Under the pieces are notes generated by a model that had not been told where the DNA came from, made no database searches, and saw only the letters and a list, made by a program, of their open reading frames with translations. A stretch of DNA of 51,001 nucleotides, the filler included, from Ginglymostoma cirratum (lineage: Eukaryota), in the NCBI GenBank assembly GCA_024137785.1. It is 2 parts of 2 records of this genome, joined end to end, with 100 filler letters (N's around TTAATTAATTAA, not from the genome) between each part and the next. Parts side by side here need not be neighbours in the genome. Positions count along the whole stretch, not along the records: positions 27,631 to 51,001 come from JAHRHZ010000085.1; 1 more part is not named here. The stretch is one strand, 5' to 3'. Positions 49,380 through 51,001 of this stretch are shown one piece after another (positions within the stretch are counted from its first letter, which is position 1; each line of letters opens with the position of its first letter). A program made the position numbers and the translations under genes.

Positions 49380-50240
49380 TAACCTAACATCCATTGGTGG
49401 AAAAATATTGAATAATTTGTTAAATAAGTAACGGCAGCACATTTGGAAAATCATTATCTCATCAAGGCAAGTCATGTCTGACTAATTCAGGAGAGTTTTT
49501 GAGGCAGTTTCAACGAAAGTGGACAGAGCAAAACCAGTAGATGTGTTGTATTTGGACTTCCAGAAAGTGTTCAACATGTTATCTCACAAAAGGTTAAGTC
49601 ATAAGATAAGAGCTCATGGTGTTGGAGGCATGGAGAATTGGCGAATGGGCAGGAAACACTGAGTGGGTAGAAGGGGTTCTTTTTCAGGTTGGTGACCTGT
49701 GACCACTGAGCTTCCACTGGGATTAGAGCAGGGTCTGCAGCTGTTACAAAATTCATTCATGAGTTGGAAGAAAGAAGTGAAAGTACTGTAGCCAAATACG
49801 CAGATGACACAAAAATAAGTGGAAAAATAGGTTGCGAGGGGGATACAAACAGTTTGTAGAGAGTCGTTGATAGGTTAGGTAAGGAATTAAAAGTCAGTAA
49901 ATAAATATAATGTGGGAAAATGTGAAGTTGTTAGTTTTGGAAGAGAAAACAAAGAACAGAATATTATTTAAATGGCGAAAACTGCAGAAAGCCACAACAC
50001 AAAGGGAGTTGGGGATACTTCCACAAGCAATACAGAAAGCTAACAAGCCGGTGCAGCAGGTAATTATGAAAGGCGAGTGGAATGTGGGCCTTTATTTTAA
50101 GGGGATTAGTGTATAAGACGAATTCTACAATTACTGCAATACTACAAATTACTGCAATTCTACAACTTGCTGGTAAGACCACATCTGGAGTACTGTGAGC
50201 TGTTTTGATCCCCTAATTTAAGGTAATCTATCTTTTCATT
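49380..50240 (+). mobile_element. Old CR1-type LINE RT fragment
   Basis: TCATGTCTGACTAAT, TTGGACTTCCAGAAAG, GCAGATGACACAAAA, GTAAGACCACATCTGGAGTACTG. Confidence 0.85.
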
Positions 50241-51001
50241 GGAAGCAGGTCCTGAGGGTTGTCGTGTCTGGATTACGACTGGTGACAAGTGCAAGTGTGA
50301 GTAGGAATAGGAGGATTGAGCAGATAAATGTGTGGCAGAGGAGCTGGTGCAGGGGAGAAGGGATTCACATTGTCAGATCATTGGAATCTCTTCTGAGATA
50401 GAAGTGACCTGTATAAGGACGTGTTAAACATGAATTGGAAGGGGATCTTCCAATATATACTGGTGGGGGATTTGCTCGAGCTCGAACTGGTACAGTTGCA
50501 ACATTTAAAAGGCATCACAATGGATATAGGAAAAGGAAGGGTTCAGACAGATATTAGATCAGTTTAATTCAGGATATCTGTTTGACATAGATGAGCTGGA
50601 CCAAATGGTCTGTTTCCATGCTGTTCATCTCTGTGATACCACAGCTGTCTAACTACAAACTCATATGCAGTGAATCAGCTATTCAGGTTTCCCCTCTATC
50701 TCTTGTACATTAAGCTTGGATGCCCAAAGTAGTATTACTTCCTCTATCTTATCTTGCATCTCTGTTTGTATCCCACTGAGACCGCTCATTTCCAGGCCTC
50801 AGTACAGCTTTGGGAATGCCAGTGTTGTTGATCATAAAAGGGGAGACGAGAATGCCCATCCTCGACTTCAAGGCACCAATTAATGAAGATTAATTTATGG
50901 CAGCAAGGAACTCTGGCAAACTGAAATCCATATGATTTAGTTAAAATGTTTGATTGGCTGCAGTCATGTGGAACACAAGAACAGATTACGATGTTTTTAT
51001 A

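Overview
Cartilaginous-fish (shark-like) genomic DNA, rich in CR1-type LINE, Penelope-like and SINE fragments, carrying the V-D-J part of a T-cell receptor beta locus on the minus strand. It has one intact TRBV (leader 16458-16503, V exon 15855-16161, 23-RSS), one TRBD (7692-7705, 12/23 RSS) and at least eight TRBJ segments (189-7220), of which only two look fully canonical; the C-beta exons are not in the window. Upstream of the V there are only degenerate V-like relics. On the plus strand (39583-47195) is a non-rearranging gene with leader, pre-joined VJ-type Ig exon without RSS, C1-set exon, TM exon and cytoplasmic exons ending in an ITIM. This is the VJ-C1 architecture proposed for the antigen-receptor ancestor, here carrying two nonsense codons. 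Other oddities: a J folded into a 70-bp palindrome, a J whose RSS is split by a LINE, and hammerhead-ribozyme-like motifs in Penelope-derived repeats. A 100-nt scaffold gap (27531-27630) lies between the TRB segments and the VJ-C1 gene. All calls are by eye, with no database search.
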